Shown piece by piece: positions 1 through 12,948 of a stretch of DNA of 64,000 nucleotides (positions are counted from its first letter, which is position 1; each line of letters opens with the position of its first letter). Both the position numbers and the translations under genes were made by a program. The notes under the pieces were generated by a model. That model was not told the DNA's origin. It was given only the letters and a program-made list of their open reading frames with translations, and searched no databases. The stretch lies in contig NC_058368.1 of the NCBI RefSeq assembly GCF_018350175.1, positions 99,636,001-99,700,000 on the forward strand, written 5' to 3'. The stretch comes from Felis catus. Lineage: Eukaryota.

Positions 1-763
1 ATCAGTAAAAAAAAAATAGTATCCAGAAATGTATTTTCACATGCATACTATAAATTTATATATAATGGTTTGAGAGGAATAATAAAGCAAATGTTTAGAT
101 GATATTGCATATAAATCCAACTTGTATTATTTATTATCTCTTCCCATACTATGATGTCAAAATAAATTGGTAATAAATGTGTAAATTTATTTTGCCCTAC
201 CATTAATATACAAAATATTGAGATATTTATTATCCCCAAATTATGACATGAATCTGTTACTCTACACTTTCATTATTTTATTATTAACCAAATTCTCACT
301 TTAATATAAAATTCAAGAGTGTCTAAAATAAAACTAGTTAGAATGGTATTAACCATTCTGTGTTGGTATTTTACTGCTATTTCTCATCTAATATTTTCAG
401 TAATGAACTTGACTGTAAGACACTATTGCTGCTGTAAATGCATGGTCTGTTAGTTTAATACGCTTATTGTCATTGGCATTTATTTTTCCTAGTAGGGAGA
501 GCATTTTAGCATATCATAAAATACAAATAAACGAAATAATAGAAATCATAGATTCTTTTGTTGTTTTGCAACTTTTTTGTTTTGCTGTGCTTAGATTTCG
601 TTTATAGTTTGGTAAAATAAACAGAAAAGAAGAAAGCTGAGATCACTGATCATGTAATAGTATCATTTAATCCTACATATGCATATAAGTAGATGTCCTG
701 TCTTTGGGAGTACATGTTAATCTACTCTTTGAAAAATACCGTTAAAATTAAAGAGATGTTCAT

Positions 764-932
764 GGGATGCCTGGGTGTCTCAGTCGGTTAAGCGTCCCAC
801 TTAGGCTCAGGTCATGATTTCACTCTGCTGTCAGTTCAGAGCCTAGAGCTTGAATTGGATTCTAGGTCTCCCTCTCTCTCTGACCCTCCCCCACTCATGC
901 TCTTTCAAAAACTGAATAAATGTTAAAAAAAA
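764..932 (+). mobile_element. Can-SINE with internal deletion
   Basis: GGGATGCCTGGGTGTCTCAGTCGGTTAAGCG head, (CT)n region and A tail; the B-box region is missing. Confidence 0.92.
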
Positions 933-1630
933 ATGAACAAATCAGGAGACTATAGATGCTGGAGAGGATGTGGAGAAATGGGAACCCTCTTGCACTGTTG
1001 GTCAGAATGCAAATTGGTGCAGCCGCTCTGGAAAGCAGTGTGGAGGTTCCTCAGAAAATTAAAAATAGACCTACCCTATGACCCAGCAATAGCACTGCTA
1101 GGAATTTATCCAAGGGATACAGGAGTACTGATGCATAGGGCCACTTGTACGCCAATGTTTATAGCAGCACTCTCAACAATAGCCAAATTATGGAAAGAGC
1201 CTAAATGTCCATCAACTGATGAATGGATAAAGAAATTGTGGTTTATATACACAATGGAATACTACGTGGCAATGAGAAAAAATGAAATATGGCCTTTTGT
1301 AGCAACGTGGATGGAACTGGAGAGTGTGATGCTAAGTGAAATAAGCCATACAGAGAAAGACAGATACCCTATGTTTTCACTCTTATGTGGATCCTGAGAA
1401 ACTTAACAGAAACCCATGGGGGAGGGGAAGGAAAAAAAAAAAGAGGTTAGAGTGGGAGAGAGCCAAAGCATAAGAGACTCTTAAAAACTGAGAACAAACT
1501 GAGGGTTGATGGGGGGTGGGAGGGAGGGGAGGGTGGGTGATGGGTATTGAGGAGGGCACCTTTTGGGATGAGCACTGGGTGTTGTATGGAAACCAATTTG
1601 ACAATAAATTTCATATATTAAAAAAAAATA
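929..1630 (+). mobile_element. Young 5'-truncated LINE-1 (felid-type) 3' end
   Basis: Intact ORF2 C-terminus, G-rich 3'UTR, AATAAA near 1603 and A tail. Confidence 0.95.
933..1397 (+). pseudogene. LINE-1 ORF2p C-terminal fragment (cysteine-rich CCHC domain)
   Basis: [18 protein letters not shown] (C-X3-C-X7-H-X4-C), [14 protein letters not shown] and CPSTDEWIKKLWFIYTMEYY motifs; the Met is internal, so this is not a real gene start. Confidence 0.93.
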
Positions 1631-2049
1631 GGAGAAGTTCATATCATATTGAAGTGAATAAATGAACAAGAAAATAACTGCCAAGAGATCCTGGAAAGGA
1701 CCCAGTATTTTTCTTTTCACTTATGCAAAAGTAAAAAATAATATAAATGCAGAGTAAACAATCTTTTCATCATATAAAATATAAATAATTTTAATGTAAG
1801 AAATATGTTGTTTAACATACTATCTTATATATTCTGTATGGTTATTTTCATCCAAGGTCTAAGGTTGAGTTGTCTGAAATAAACATGGAACACCTTTTTT
1901 CTTCTTTTATGAAATCAAACTAAATATACACTTTGGCAGTTGTGTCTTGTGAAGGAGAGTACTTTCTAAGATATTTATGTACAACAAGAATGATAAAAAT
2001 ATAGAAATTATGGACTTTATGACAATTTAATTTTGCAACGTGAGTTTTA

Positions 2050-2600
2050 AAAATTTATACTTCTACATGACAAGACAGATAATCCAGGGAAACTTCCCAT
2101 GAATTTCCCTCTGCTTGAAAATAAAAAAATATGGTTACTAATAAACCACAGGTCAAAGAAAATATCTCAATATAAAGTATAAAATAAATAGTATAAAATA
2201 TTTTAAACTCAGTTATACCACATAAAGAAAATGCGTAGAGGAAGCTAAAGTTGTAGATATAAAGAAAAATAAACATATTAGAAAAAGAAAAAAAGGCTGA
2301 AAATATAGAAGAGAGTCAGCAAGGCCTGAAATTGCATCTTTGTGAAAACTAATATAAGTGATCAACACCAGTTTAGACTGAACAAAAGAAAGAGCATAAA
2401 TAATCACCAAGAGCAGATTAAAAAGGGGAGAGGACTAAAGATCCTACAGGTATTCAAAGATCCTAAGATACTGTAGTATTTATGGCAGTGGTCCTAAAAA
2501 TAGAGATGATATGACAAAATTCCTAGAAAAATACAATCAATACCCACAGAACAAATAGAAATTCTGCATGTAGCCATTAAAGTAAGTATGGGTTTAATTT
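2050..2600 (+). mobile_element. Old degenerate L1M ORF2 fragment
   Basis: A-rich, with ACTAAAGATCCTACAGG and GACAAAATTCCTAGAAAAATACAA resembling L1 ORF2. Confidence 0.55.
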
Positions 2601-3192
2601 CATTATCTCACCACATCAAAGTGAATTTGACCAAGTGTACTTTTAACAAGTACATCACACAATTAGAGGATAAACCTCAAAGTCAATGAATGCCTAAAAT
2701 ACCACCCATTATCTTTACTTTGGTAAAATCCACCTCTATTGAGTTCTATTATCAGTATCCCATACCTATCATAGTCCATATGGGAAGAGTTGTTGTTCGC
2801 ACCAGGAAGAGAGATGTGGGAAACGTTACTTGCTTATTTCTATGATGTTATCAGTACCAGATCTGCTGACCTGCTATTTTCTTACGTCTCTCCTAGAAAT
2901 CTGGAATCGTACTGTGTTCTCAGTGTACCCACTCTTTCCAAGATTATTAATATTGTCACCTTCCAACCTTCTTCTTCACGTAGCCATTGACATGTTAAAA
3001 CCTCTGACAGCAGAAAATCTGGAGGAGCTACCATGAAATTGTTTGCATTGAGCTTGAGAATTCTAGAGACATCATAATTGAAAAATGGAGTATTACACTT
3101 AAAAATATTTTTTACCAAAGAAAAAAATTATGTGATGTCATTTTTCAGTATGTTCTTGTAGAGTACTACTTGTAATTTAAGTGATGTTTTTT

Positions 3193-3419
3193 GGAGCACC
3201 TGGGTGTCTCAGTCATTTAAGCGTCCAACTTCAGTTCAGGTGATGATCTCATGGTTCGTGGGTTTGAACCCCTCATCAGACTTTGTGCTGGCAGCTCAGA
3301 GCCTGGAGCCTGCTTCAGATTCTGTGTCTCCCTCTCTTTCTGACCCTCCCCTGCTAATGCTGTCTCTCTCTTTCTCTCTCGCAAAAATAAACAAACTTTT
3401 AAAAATTTTTTAATAAAAA
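3193..3419 (+). mobile_element. Can-SINE
   Basis: tRNA-like head, CAGAGCCTGGAGCCTGCTTCAGATTC core, CT repeat, A tail. Confidence 0.95.
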
Positions 3420-4161
3420 GTAGAATGGTGTTTTATCAACACCAATGCAATCTCCTACTTGTAGATGAGCGATAATCACTATAGCACAGGCCCTCTCACC
3501 TCTTAAGAAAAAGTGCTTCTCTGTAAGTGAAAAAAAATAGGTTTCCCTTGATCCTCTATCTTGGAGTAACCTCAGAAAATTATTCATGCAGAAATATTTG
3601 TAGAGAAAAGTTTTCAAAATGCATGGGCTTGCACCTGAGTGGTTTATCTTGTCTTCACACTTAGGAAAAACACCCACAATTCAGCTTAGCTATGAATCAA
3701 CTTCAACAGGATAAATGGGCTACCATTACCACTATAGGCCTAACAAAACTACATAGGACCAGTTGAGGGATGATGGACCGGTTCCAGTACACCATATTCC
3801 CTATGCTTTACATGATGTCCTATGAGAGAGCATTTTGCACCTCCAAAGAACTAGTTTTCTGGAACAGTGTAAAGGGAATAATCAGCATGGCAGTGGGCTG
3901 ACAGGAAATGCTGTGGATGACTATGGAATTCTTTCAGGTTACTAATATATTTCCATGTGTTCCCAGGGAATAGGGAGTGCCAGAGGCCACTACAAGAGAT
4001 CGGAGCTTTGTGGCTACCCTAATTAATAGTCCAGAAATTTAAACAATCTAGAGAAAGAAACTCAAGTATAACACTAAGGAAAGTCATTAAAATGAAAGAA
4101 AAAAAAAGAGAAAGAGAAAATAATCCATTAAAGAAATGGTTCTTTGAAAAGATACAACCTT

Positions 4162-4375
4162 GGGGCACCTGGGTCGCTCAATTGGTTGAGCATCCAACTT
4201 TGGCTCAGGTCATGATCTAACTGTTATGAGTTCAAGCCCCACATCAGGCTCTATGGTCACAGCTCAGAGCCTGAAACCTGCTTCAGATTCTGTGTCTCCC
4301 TCTCTCTCTGCCCCCTCTGCTGCTCGCATTCTGTCTGTGCCTCTCATAAATGAATAAATACTAAAAATAATTATT
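4162..4375 (+). mobile_element. Can-SINE in L1
   Basis: Full SINE with TSD GAAAAGATACAACCTT on both sides. Confidence 0.95.
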
Positions 4376-4823
4376 GAAAAGATACAACCTTTAGCAAGAC
4401 TCACCAACCAAAAATAAAGCTTAACTAAAATCAGAAATTACAGAGAATTTAACAACCAACACCACAGAAATCAAAGAATTGTAAGAGATAACTATGAAAA
4501 ATTTTATGCTAACAACGGGACAACCTAGAAGAGATAAATACCTAGAAACATACCAATATTCCAAGACTGAACCAGGAAGGCAAAGAAAATCCAGATAGAC
4601 TGATCCCAAGCAGTAAATTACATCAGTTAAAAAAAATCTTCCAGCAAACAAAATTACAGGATGTTATGGTTTCTCAGGTAAGCTCTACTGAACATTTACA
4701 GAAAAGTTAATACCGGTTTTGCTCAAATATTCCAAACAATTATAGAAGAAGAAATGCTTACAAATTCATTTTTTGAGGTCAGCATCATCCTGATACCAAA
4801 CCATCCCAACACACCACACCACA

Positions 4824-4824
<1 letters not shown>

Positions 4825-4870
<46 letters not shown>
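4825..4870. repeat. (CA)23 microsatellite
   Basis: Direct count; preceded by CACAC units. Confidence 0.95.
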
Positions 4871-4871
<1 letters not shown>

Positions 4872-5576
4872 GAGAGAAGAGAAAGGAAAATAAAAGAATG
4901 GGTTGATATCCCTGATTAACATAAATAAAAAATCAACAAAATATTAGCAAACCAAATTCAAAAACATATAACAAGGATTATTCACCAGTATGAAGTGGGA
5001 CTTATTCCAGAGATTTAAGTATGTTTCAATATTCACAAATGAACATGATACACAACGTTAACGAAAGATAAATATCATAGGATCTTCTCAATAAAGAATA
5101 ACATCTGACAAAATTCAACATGTATTCATGATAAAAACTCTCAGCAAAGTGGGTATAGAGGTAACATATCTCAACATAAGAAAGACCATATAGGTCAAAC
5201 CCACAGCTAACATCATACTAAATGGCAAAAAGCCAAAACTTGGACTCTGTGATAAAGAATAAGACAAGGATGTTCATCCACTTTTATTCAACATAGTGAT
5301 GGAAGTGCTAGCCACAGCAATCAAACAAGGGAAAGAATTAAAAGACATCCAGACTTGTAAGGAAAAAATAAAACTGTAACTTTTTGCAGATGACATGATA
5401 CTATATACAGAAAACCCTTAAGATTCCACCAAAGAAGAAAAACCCACTAGAATAAATAAGTTCAGTAAAGTTGCAGGATACAAATTTGATGTATGAAAGT
5501 CTACTGCATTTCTATACCAGTAATGAACTAGCACAAGGAGAAATTAAGAAAATCCCATTAAGAATAATACCAAAAA

Positions 5577-5800
5577 GAGGTGCCTGGGTGGCTCAATCAT
5601 ATAAGTGTCTGATGGCTCAGGTTAGGATCTCACGGTTCATGAGTTCGAGTCCTGCAGTGGGCTCTGTGCTGACAGCTTAGAGCCCCGATCCTGCTTCGGA
5701 TTCTGTGTCTCCCTCTCTCTTTGCCCCTCCCCCACTCATGCTTTGTCTTTGTCTCTGTCTCTCTCTCTCAAAAATAAATCATTAAAAAATTTTTTTTAAA
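5577..5800 (+). mobile_element. Can-SINE in L1
   Basis: Full SINE, TSD AATACCAAAAAGA. Confidence 0.95.
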
Positions 5801-6364
5801 AAGAATACCAAAAAGAATAAAATACGTAGGAAGAAATTTAACAAGGAAGTGAAAAGACCATACTCTGACAACTATAGACATTGATGAAAAAAACTTATGA
5901 TAACAGAAATAAGTAGAAATATATACCATACTGATGGACTACAAGACTCATTATTGTTAAATGGTCACACTGCCCCCCAAAAATCCATAGATTTAATGTG
6001 ATCCCTACCAAAACACCAATAATTGTTCTGTTTTTCACACAACTGTAAAAAATAACCCTAAAATTTGTAGGCAATTACCAAGGATCTCTAAAGTCAAAGT
6101 TATCTTGAGAAAGGACAAAGCTGGAGGTATCACAATCCCAAATTTAAAACCATACTACAAGCCTGTATTAATAAGAGCAGTATATTACTGACACAAAAAC
6201 AGACAAATAGATCAGTGGAAAAGAATACAGAGCCCAGAAATAAACTCATGTTTATGTGGTCAATCTCTGACAAAGTAGGCAAGAATATATAGTGGGAAAA
6301 GGTTTCTTCCATAAATGGTGTTGGGAAAAGAACAGCTACATGCAGAAGACTGAAACTGGACCAC

Positions 6365-6580
6365 TTTTTTTTTTTTTAATGTTTATTTTTAAGAGAGAGA
6401 GAAAGAGACAAAGCACAAGCAGGGGAGGGGCAGAGATAAAGGGAGACACAGAAGCTGAAGCAGGCCCCAGGCTCTAAGCTGTTAGCACAGAGCCTGACTC
6501 AGGGCTTGAACTCACAGACTGGGAGATCATGACCTGAGTCCAAGTCTGATGCTTAACAGACTGAGCCACCCAGGTGCTCT
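6365..6580 (-). mobile_element. Can-SINE in L1
   Basis: Poly-T, (GA)n, ...CTGAGCCACCCAGGTGC; TSD TGGACCACTTT. Confidence 0.95.
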
Positions 6581-7241
6581 GTGGACCACTTTCATATACC
6601 ATATATAGAAAAGAACTCAAAATGGATTACAAACCTAAATGTGAAACCTGAATCCACAAAAGTCCTAGAAGATAACATAGGCAGTAAAATCTTGGACATC
6701 AATCTTAGCACTATATATATAAATTTTTGTATCTGTCTCCTCAGGCAAGGGCAACAAAGGAAAAATAAAATATTGTGACAAGATGGATGGACCTAAAGAG
6801 TATACTGCTAAGTGAAATAAGCCAGACAGAGAAAGACAAACACCATGTAATTTCATTTATACGTGGAATCTAAAAAAGAAAAACAAACAGAAACAGACTC
6901 ATAAATATAGGGAACTGGTTGTTGCCAGAAGGGTGGGGTTTAGGAGATGGGTGAAATAGGTTAATGGCATTAAGAATACAAACACCTAGTTATAAAATAA
7001 GATAAAGGGATGAAAAGTGCAGCATTGGGAATACAGTCGGTAAGATTATAATAACTTTGTGTGGTGACAGATGGGAACTTCGTATCATGCTGAGCATTTC
7101 TTGATGTACATAGATATAGGATCACCATGTTCTATACTTGAAACTCATAATACTCTGTCAACTATAACTCAAAAATAAATAATTACATAAAAGTAATAGA
7201 ATACGAGTAAGATAAAAGACTTTCTGGATTTAAAAGACTGT

Positions 7242-7450
7242 GGGGTGCCTGGGGGACTGAGTTGAGCATCTGACTCTGGGTTCTGGCTCAGGTCACAATC
7301 CCAGGGGTGTGGGATTGAGCCCCGTGTTAGGCTCTGCAGTGAGCATACAGACATCTTGAGATTCTCCCTCTCTCTCTCTTCGTCTTCCCCTCCGCCACTT
7401 ACTCAAGAGTGCTCCCTCAAAATAAATAAACCTTCAAACATGTATATAAA
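7242..7450 (+). mobile_element. Can-SINE (older type)
   Basis: GGGGTGCCTGGG head, GGCTCAGGTCACAATCCCAGG, CT tract, AATAAA tail. Confidence 0.9.
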
Positions 7451-7769
7451 AAATGGAACTCAGAAGGAAAAACAATAAAAGGAAGAATATTGATCTATGA
7501 TAACATGATCATATCATGATGCACTGAGCACATACTTGGCCTGAGCACTGGATAATTTGTCTCTTGGATATGGTTAACTGGGCATCTCATTCTTCAGCTT
7601 GCATATATCATTCGTTTTCCTAAGTTAATCTGAATGTTCTAGTCTTCATTTGTCTTGTATTAGACATTAGGCATCCTCCTCAGGATAATATGCTGATGAA
7701 GTAATTCATTCGTAAATGATGACATTAATCCAGGATACAGTAATACAAAGTAGATGGAGTAGTTTCAAC

Positions 7770-7939
7770 TTATTTATTTAGAGAGAAGGTGGGGCGCAGA
7801 GGGAGAGAGAGAGAATCTTAAGCAGACTCCACGCCCAGTGCAGAGCCTAGCATGGGGCTCAATCACATGACCATGAGATCATGACCTGAGCAGAATCAAG
7901 AGCCAGATGCTTAAGCGACTGAGCCACCCAGGTGCCCCC
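7770..7939 (-). mobile_element. Can-SINE
   Basis: ...GAGATCATGACCTGAGC...CTGAGCCACCCAGGTGCCCC. Confidence 0.93.
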
Positions 7940-8319
7940 AGTGATGTTTCAATATAGAAAATTTTGCACGCACTGCTGATCTGTGCCTCATTCACTAACA
8001 TGAGTAGACTCAGTGCACAGGTTCAGGGTCTGCATACATCAAGGTGGCTTCACTTATCCTTCCTAGAGCCACCACTATATGGGCACAATCCTCAGGCCTG
8101 GGTGACAGAAAATCACATTCGTGAGCTATTAACAACTGTAGTTATTGTTCCACTGATTTTCTTCCTCCACCCTGCCACCAGGAAGGATTGAGCCCTCTTA
8201 AAGGCATCAGGATTTGTAAAGGCCTGATGAGTATGATGCTGTAAGTCATAATAATTACAACTGCCAAAGAAACTCTTCAGCAACAGTATTCCATCATTCA
8301 TATGAATTGTTTCAGGGAG

Positions 8320-8460
8320 CCCGCAAAACAATTATGATGTCCATACATTATCCCCTTTGGCAAAAGGATAAACCAAGGTTCAGGAATGTTAAAAAGGTAT
8401 GTCCTAAACTACACAATCAGCCATTAGTAGAGGTGTGAAAGCATACTGATCAAAATTTGT
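8320..8460 (-). mobile_element. MIR fragment
   Basis: ATTATCCCCTTTGGCAAAAGGATAAACCAAGGTTCAGGAATGTTAA resembles the MIR core. Confidence 0.55.
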
Positions 8461-9593
8461 GAATTTCAGATATTGAACTAGTAGTAACAGAAGGGGTCTA
8501 TATTTCATAACAGGGAATAGGGATGCTTTCCTTGTAACCCTCAATACACAACTGCACAGGTAGCTCTCTTTTCTGTTTAAATACCTTGCTGGGTTTTAGC
8601 TAAACCTAAAGCTCCTGTAAGATACAAACTTGAAGCTACTGTAGCATACAAAGGTAATTGAGAAAAACAAACAGTACCTATTTTCTATAGGTACTAGAAA
8701 ATAATGCCTGGTTTTCTTGTAAATAACCCACTGTGTCTGGATCAAGTGTTTGCAATAGTCTCATCTTGGCACATACCAAGCTGTGTGTTCACAGCACAGA
8801 TATGGCCTCAGGCTTTAAAAATCTGCCCAGGGTTGAAAAGCCCTTGGTCTATCCAGAGTGTATCTATTCATGTTTGTGTTTGTGCACGTAAACAAACAGT
8901 CACTTGCCCATCTGTTTGTTTTATCATTTACTACTCCCAGCAAAGGAACAGTTTGTAAGTCTGACCAATATAAGCTTAGAATCATGTCGAGTCACCTTGG
9001 GCCTGTTTGAGTTGTACCCTCAGTACAAAATCAGGAAGTGAGAAAATGAGAGTTTGGCTTACGAACGACAATTTGTTTGGGGGCTTTGATCAGTGTGCTA
9101 GAGAAATGCATTATCACCAAAGGAAAACCCGCACTTCAAAAACCTGCTACTTAGAATTTGCTTAAACTTAATGAGACTCATCTATTGTATTCGGTAATTC
9201 CACAGTTAGAGCTTATCATTTTAGGACTATTTCTGGCAGTATTCTTGTACATCTAGCAACGGAGTTCAATTATATGCAGGGATTAAACTGAACCACAAAG
9301 CAAGACATTTTGCTTGTTCTTATGATTTCTGTTTTTGTTTTTAGTGCCTAGAAAATGTCCTTGAATTGCTTTATTTTGAAAATCAAAATATGTAGGAAGA
9401 GAGCTCAGAATTCATTTAAATATTGGCTTTTTCTTTACTATTACTGATTTCTTCCTTCAGAGAATGGATTCTACTAAAACAATAATATATTTCAATAAAA
9501 TGTTTGGCTTTAAAGGAGTCACTTTCCTGAAGGGAAAAATCAGTAATAGTAGAAAAAGGTTTTATTTAAATAAATTAAAAATACACTTATCTT

Positions 9594-9813
9594 GGGGCAT
9601 ATGGGTGGCTCCATCAGATGAGTGTCTGACTTTGGCTCAGGTCATGATCTCCTGGTTTCATAAGTTCGAGCCCCACTTGCAGCTCTGTGCTAACAGCTCA
9701 GAGCCTGGAGCTTGCTTCAGATTCTGTGTCTCCCTGTCTCTCTGCCCCTCCCCCACTCACACTCTGTCTCTCTCTCTCTCTCTCAAAAATGAATGTTAAA
9801 AATTTTTAAAAAA
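9594..9813 (+). mobile_element. Can-SINE
   Basis: Full SINE; degenerate TSD ATACACTTATCTT / ATATACTTTTCTT. Confidence 0.95.
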
Positions 9814-9825
9814 GAATATACTTTT

Positions 9826-9925
9826 CTTGATGAGCACTGAGGAATGTATAGAATTATTGAATCATTATATTGTATGCCTGAAAATGATATAATATTGTAT
9901 GTTAACTATGCTTCAACAACAAAGA
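9826..9925 (+). mobile_element. Very short carnivore L1 3' terminal fragment
   Basis: CTTGATGAGCACTGAGGAATGTATAGAATTATTGAATCA...TGTATGTTAACTAT matches the L1 3' terminus. Confidence 0.8.
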
Positions 9926-10315
9926 AAGAAATCAAGAAATAGGAGTCCTTGGATGATTCCAAACTCTGGCAAACAGGGAAAATTCTTTTTATTTTAAGAT
10001 AACTCTGAAAGACCTACTGTCTCCTTAAGAAAAAAAGGACAATATTCATTAACATTATATTGTTTCTATTAACAGTTCTGGGCCAGCTGTATCAGAAATG
10101 ACCATTTCAAAAGAGTCATGTGTCCAAGTAGGTCATCAACCCTATGTCTGTAAAACCACAATGGGGTCTTCAAATCCCAGTGTACAGAGTAGTCTAAAGA
10201 AGAGCCTTGGGGGATAGATGATGAAATGGCTCAAGAGGAAGCACAATTTAATAAACACTCAGGTGAGTAGCATCAGGAAACTGAGCCCAACATACACTAT
10301 GAAAATAAACATTTT

Positions 10316-10508
10316 GGAGCACCTGGGTGGCTCAGTTGGTTGAGAATCTGACTTCAGTTCAGGTCATAATCTCAGTGTTCTTGAGTTTGAGCCCCACATC
10401 AGGCTCTCTGCTGTCAGCGTAGAGCCCACTTTTAATCCTCTGTCTCCCTCTTTCTCTGCTCTCCTTCACTTGTGCTTTCTCAAAAATAAACAAACATTAA
10501 AAAAAAAA
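10316..10508 (+). mobile_element. Can-SINE
   Basis: Head, body and A tail present. Confidence 0.93.
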
Positions 10509-12715
10509 GAAAATGAACTTTTCTTCTATAAAAAGGAGCCTGTTTCAGTCACTTAACCCAGCAGCATATGACTGGGCTTACATGTCAAAAAAGCCAGATA
10601 AGAGAAGGATATAAAAGGTGAACAAGAAAAGAAGTAATAGCAACAACATTTAGAGTAGGAAACTGTAAGTAACAGAATTTTCCATCTTTGTGTGTGAAGA
10701 GAGATTTAAAAAGCCCTGCTACTAATTCCCCATAGCCTTAGTCTCAGCAGAATCAAGTAAGGCAGAAGACCAGGCATGCTTGAGGAGGAGAAAGTGATTC
10801 AACAATTCAGATGTGGATGCGTTGGATGCACTGAGTCAGTTTTAGATTTGTGCACTGATTTTTCAACTAATCAAGAAATACATAGCAAGCCATTATTACA
10901 GTTCTTCTTAGATCCTTTGTTTCAAAATTAAAATTAAAGAAGTTCACACCAGGGCTGCTTAAGTAAAAACAGCAATACCAACTATCTCATTGTGGTCATG
11001 CTTTCTGGGTCGGAAACGCTCGAATCTTTAGGGAGCCATGAATTAAAAACATTCTGAGCAAGTGTTCCTGGTTTAGACCCACTCACAGTCTATAAGCGGA
11101 AAGAGGGTTGGAGGTAGGGCCTAACAATGAATTCTAGATTCTTCATTAAATCTTCATAGGTTTCTAACACATTTAGAAACCGTGTTTTATTATTTAGTTT
11201 CATATAATTACAATACTCATCTAAAATGTACTGGAGAAATCTTCCCAAAATAAAATTAAAACAGAAATGTTGAAATTAGGAGTTAAGATTTTTTTTTTTG
11301 CCACTAGCTAGATTCATCTTATTAAGCCTCTCATACCTGCCACTGAAAGACATATAGAAGATGCAAAAGAACAGTGGCACTGGAAGCTCTATTTATTATA
11401 CTAGGTCCAATCACATGCTACATTCTGACAATTTTAACACAAGTACAGATTGGCTGTTTTGAAAAATAATTAGCAACTCTCTTAGGACTTGACCTTTTAA
11501 AAAGCAAAGTATGGTCCAAGGACCAAGAATTATTACACAGTTTACATATGTCCAGATATTTTAAAGTTATCTCAGTTTATCAAAACAAAAGGAAAAAGCA
11601 CAAATCTGTTCGCACTTTTCATGACATAACACTTTTGAAGGAATATGAACAACTCTCTCCCATCTCACACCTCTCACACCTCTAGCAGTACCTGTCTTTG
11701 TGTGTATGTATAGAAGCAGTCAATTTTAGGAATCTGGCAACATCAGAGGGAAAGAAGAAGAGTAGGAGTGAATTTTTTATCTTGACAGGTGGCAAGTGTA
11801 AATTAGGATGCATTTACATAGGAATAAAAAGGAAGAATAATGACAAGAAGTGTATTCTGGGCATTACACATTTTCTGAGTGGAGTATGATAGGTCCTTTC
11901 GAATTCTTTAAAAACCTTTATCTTCTTATAGACATGGTATTAGATCATGAGAAAAGGAGAATATTGTTTATACCAGAAGACCCACTAGAAATATCTGCTA
12001 GATATACACATTAAGCTAGATTTTGTGAAAGTGAAATTATCTTAGGTTTAAGATCTAAAAATATAATCAAAGAATTATTTCCCCATCTATTACCCCCCCC
12101 CCCCGCCCCGGAGGAGGGAGATGACACTGAAATCAATTTTTTTAACTTCAAAACAGAAAAAGATCAAAGACTCCCTACTCATTTAATAAATCTTGAATCA
12201 TCCCAACACCAGTATGACAAAGATAGCACTAATATAAAAGTTACACCTGAGATATCTCTCTTTTAACAAGTATTGAGTGATAAAGTGTACAATGTTCATG
12301 AAAACATGCATAAAATAATTAAAAGACTAAGTATATAAATAAATAGCAAAAATTAATATACACGTAATTATAAACTGATGGCTTCAGATCTATACACCAT
12401 TTTGGCAGTGCTCTAAAGATACACCTAAGTAACCTGACCAGGTAGAGACATCTAGGTTCTTATGGCAAATTTGTTTGGATTCTGTTTTCCTTCACCGAAA
12501 AATAGAACCTCAGAGATCACATTGGCAAACTTCTAGGAAAATTACACACAGACGTGACTATGTGAATGTACTAAATATGTATTTGTTTATAAAAATACTT
12601 ACATAAATATGGGAAATTACATTTTTTTCTACAGAGAATGCAAATGGGCTTTGCAGTTATTATACAGTAGTCTATACCTATAGTAGTCTACCCTATAGTA
12701 GTATATACCTCTTTT

Positions 12716-12948
12716 TCTTTCTTTTTTTTTTTAACTTTTTTTTTTAATGTTTATTTATTTTTGACAGAGAGAGAGACAGAGCATGAGCAGGGGAGGGGCA
12801 GAGAGAGAGGAAGACACAGAATCCGAAGCAGGCTCCAGGCTCTGAGCTGCCAGCACAGAGCCCGATGCGGGGCTCGAACTCACAGACCGCGAGATCATGA
12901 CCTGAGCCGAAGTCGGACGCTCAACCGACTGAGCCACCCAGGTGCCCC
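12716..12948 (-). mobile_element. Young Can-SINE (CpG-rich)
   Basis: Near-consensus body with many CpGs; TSD TATACCTCTTTT. Confidence 0.95.

Larger units (their letters stand above)
4040..7185 (+). mobile_element. Carnivore LINE-1 (ORF2 remnants plus 3'UTR), internally deleted, hosting three SINEs
   Basis: RT motif TTTGCAGATGACATGATA (FADDM) near 5384; deletion near 6775; 3'UTR ends TCAACTATAACTCAAAAATAAA. Confidence 0.9.

Noticed and set aside
8224..8275. CTGATGAG followed by a small hairpin (TATGAT...GTCATA), resembling a hammerhead ribozyme core
   Set aside because: No GAAA directly after stem II and no convincing stems I and III
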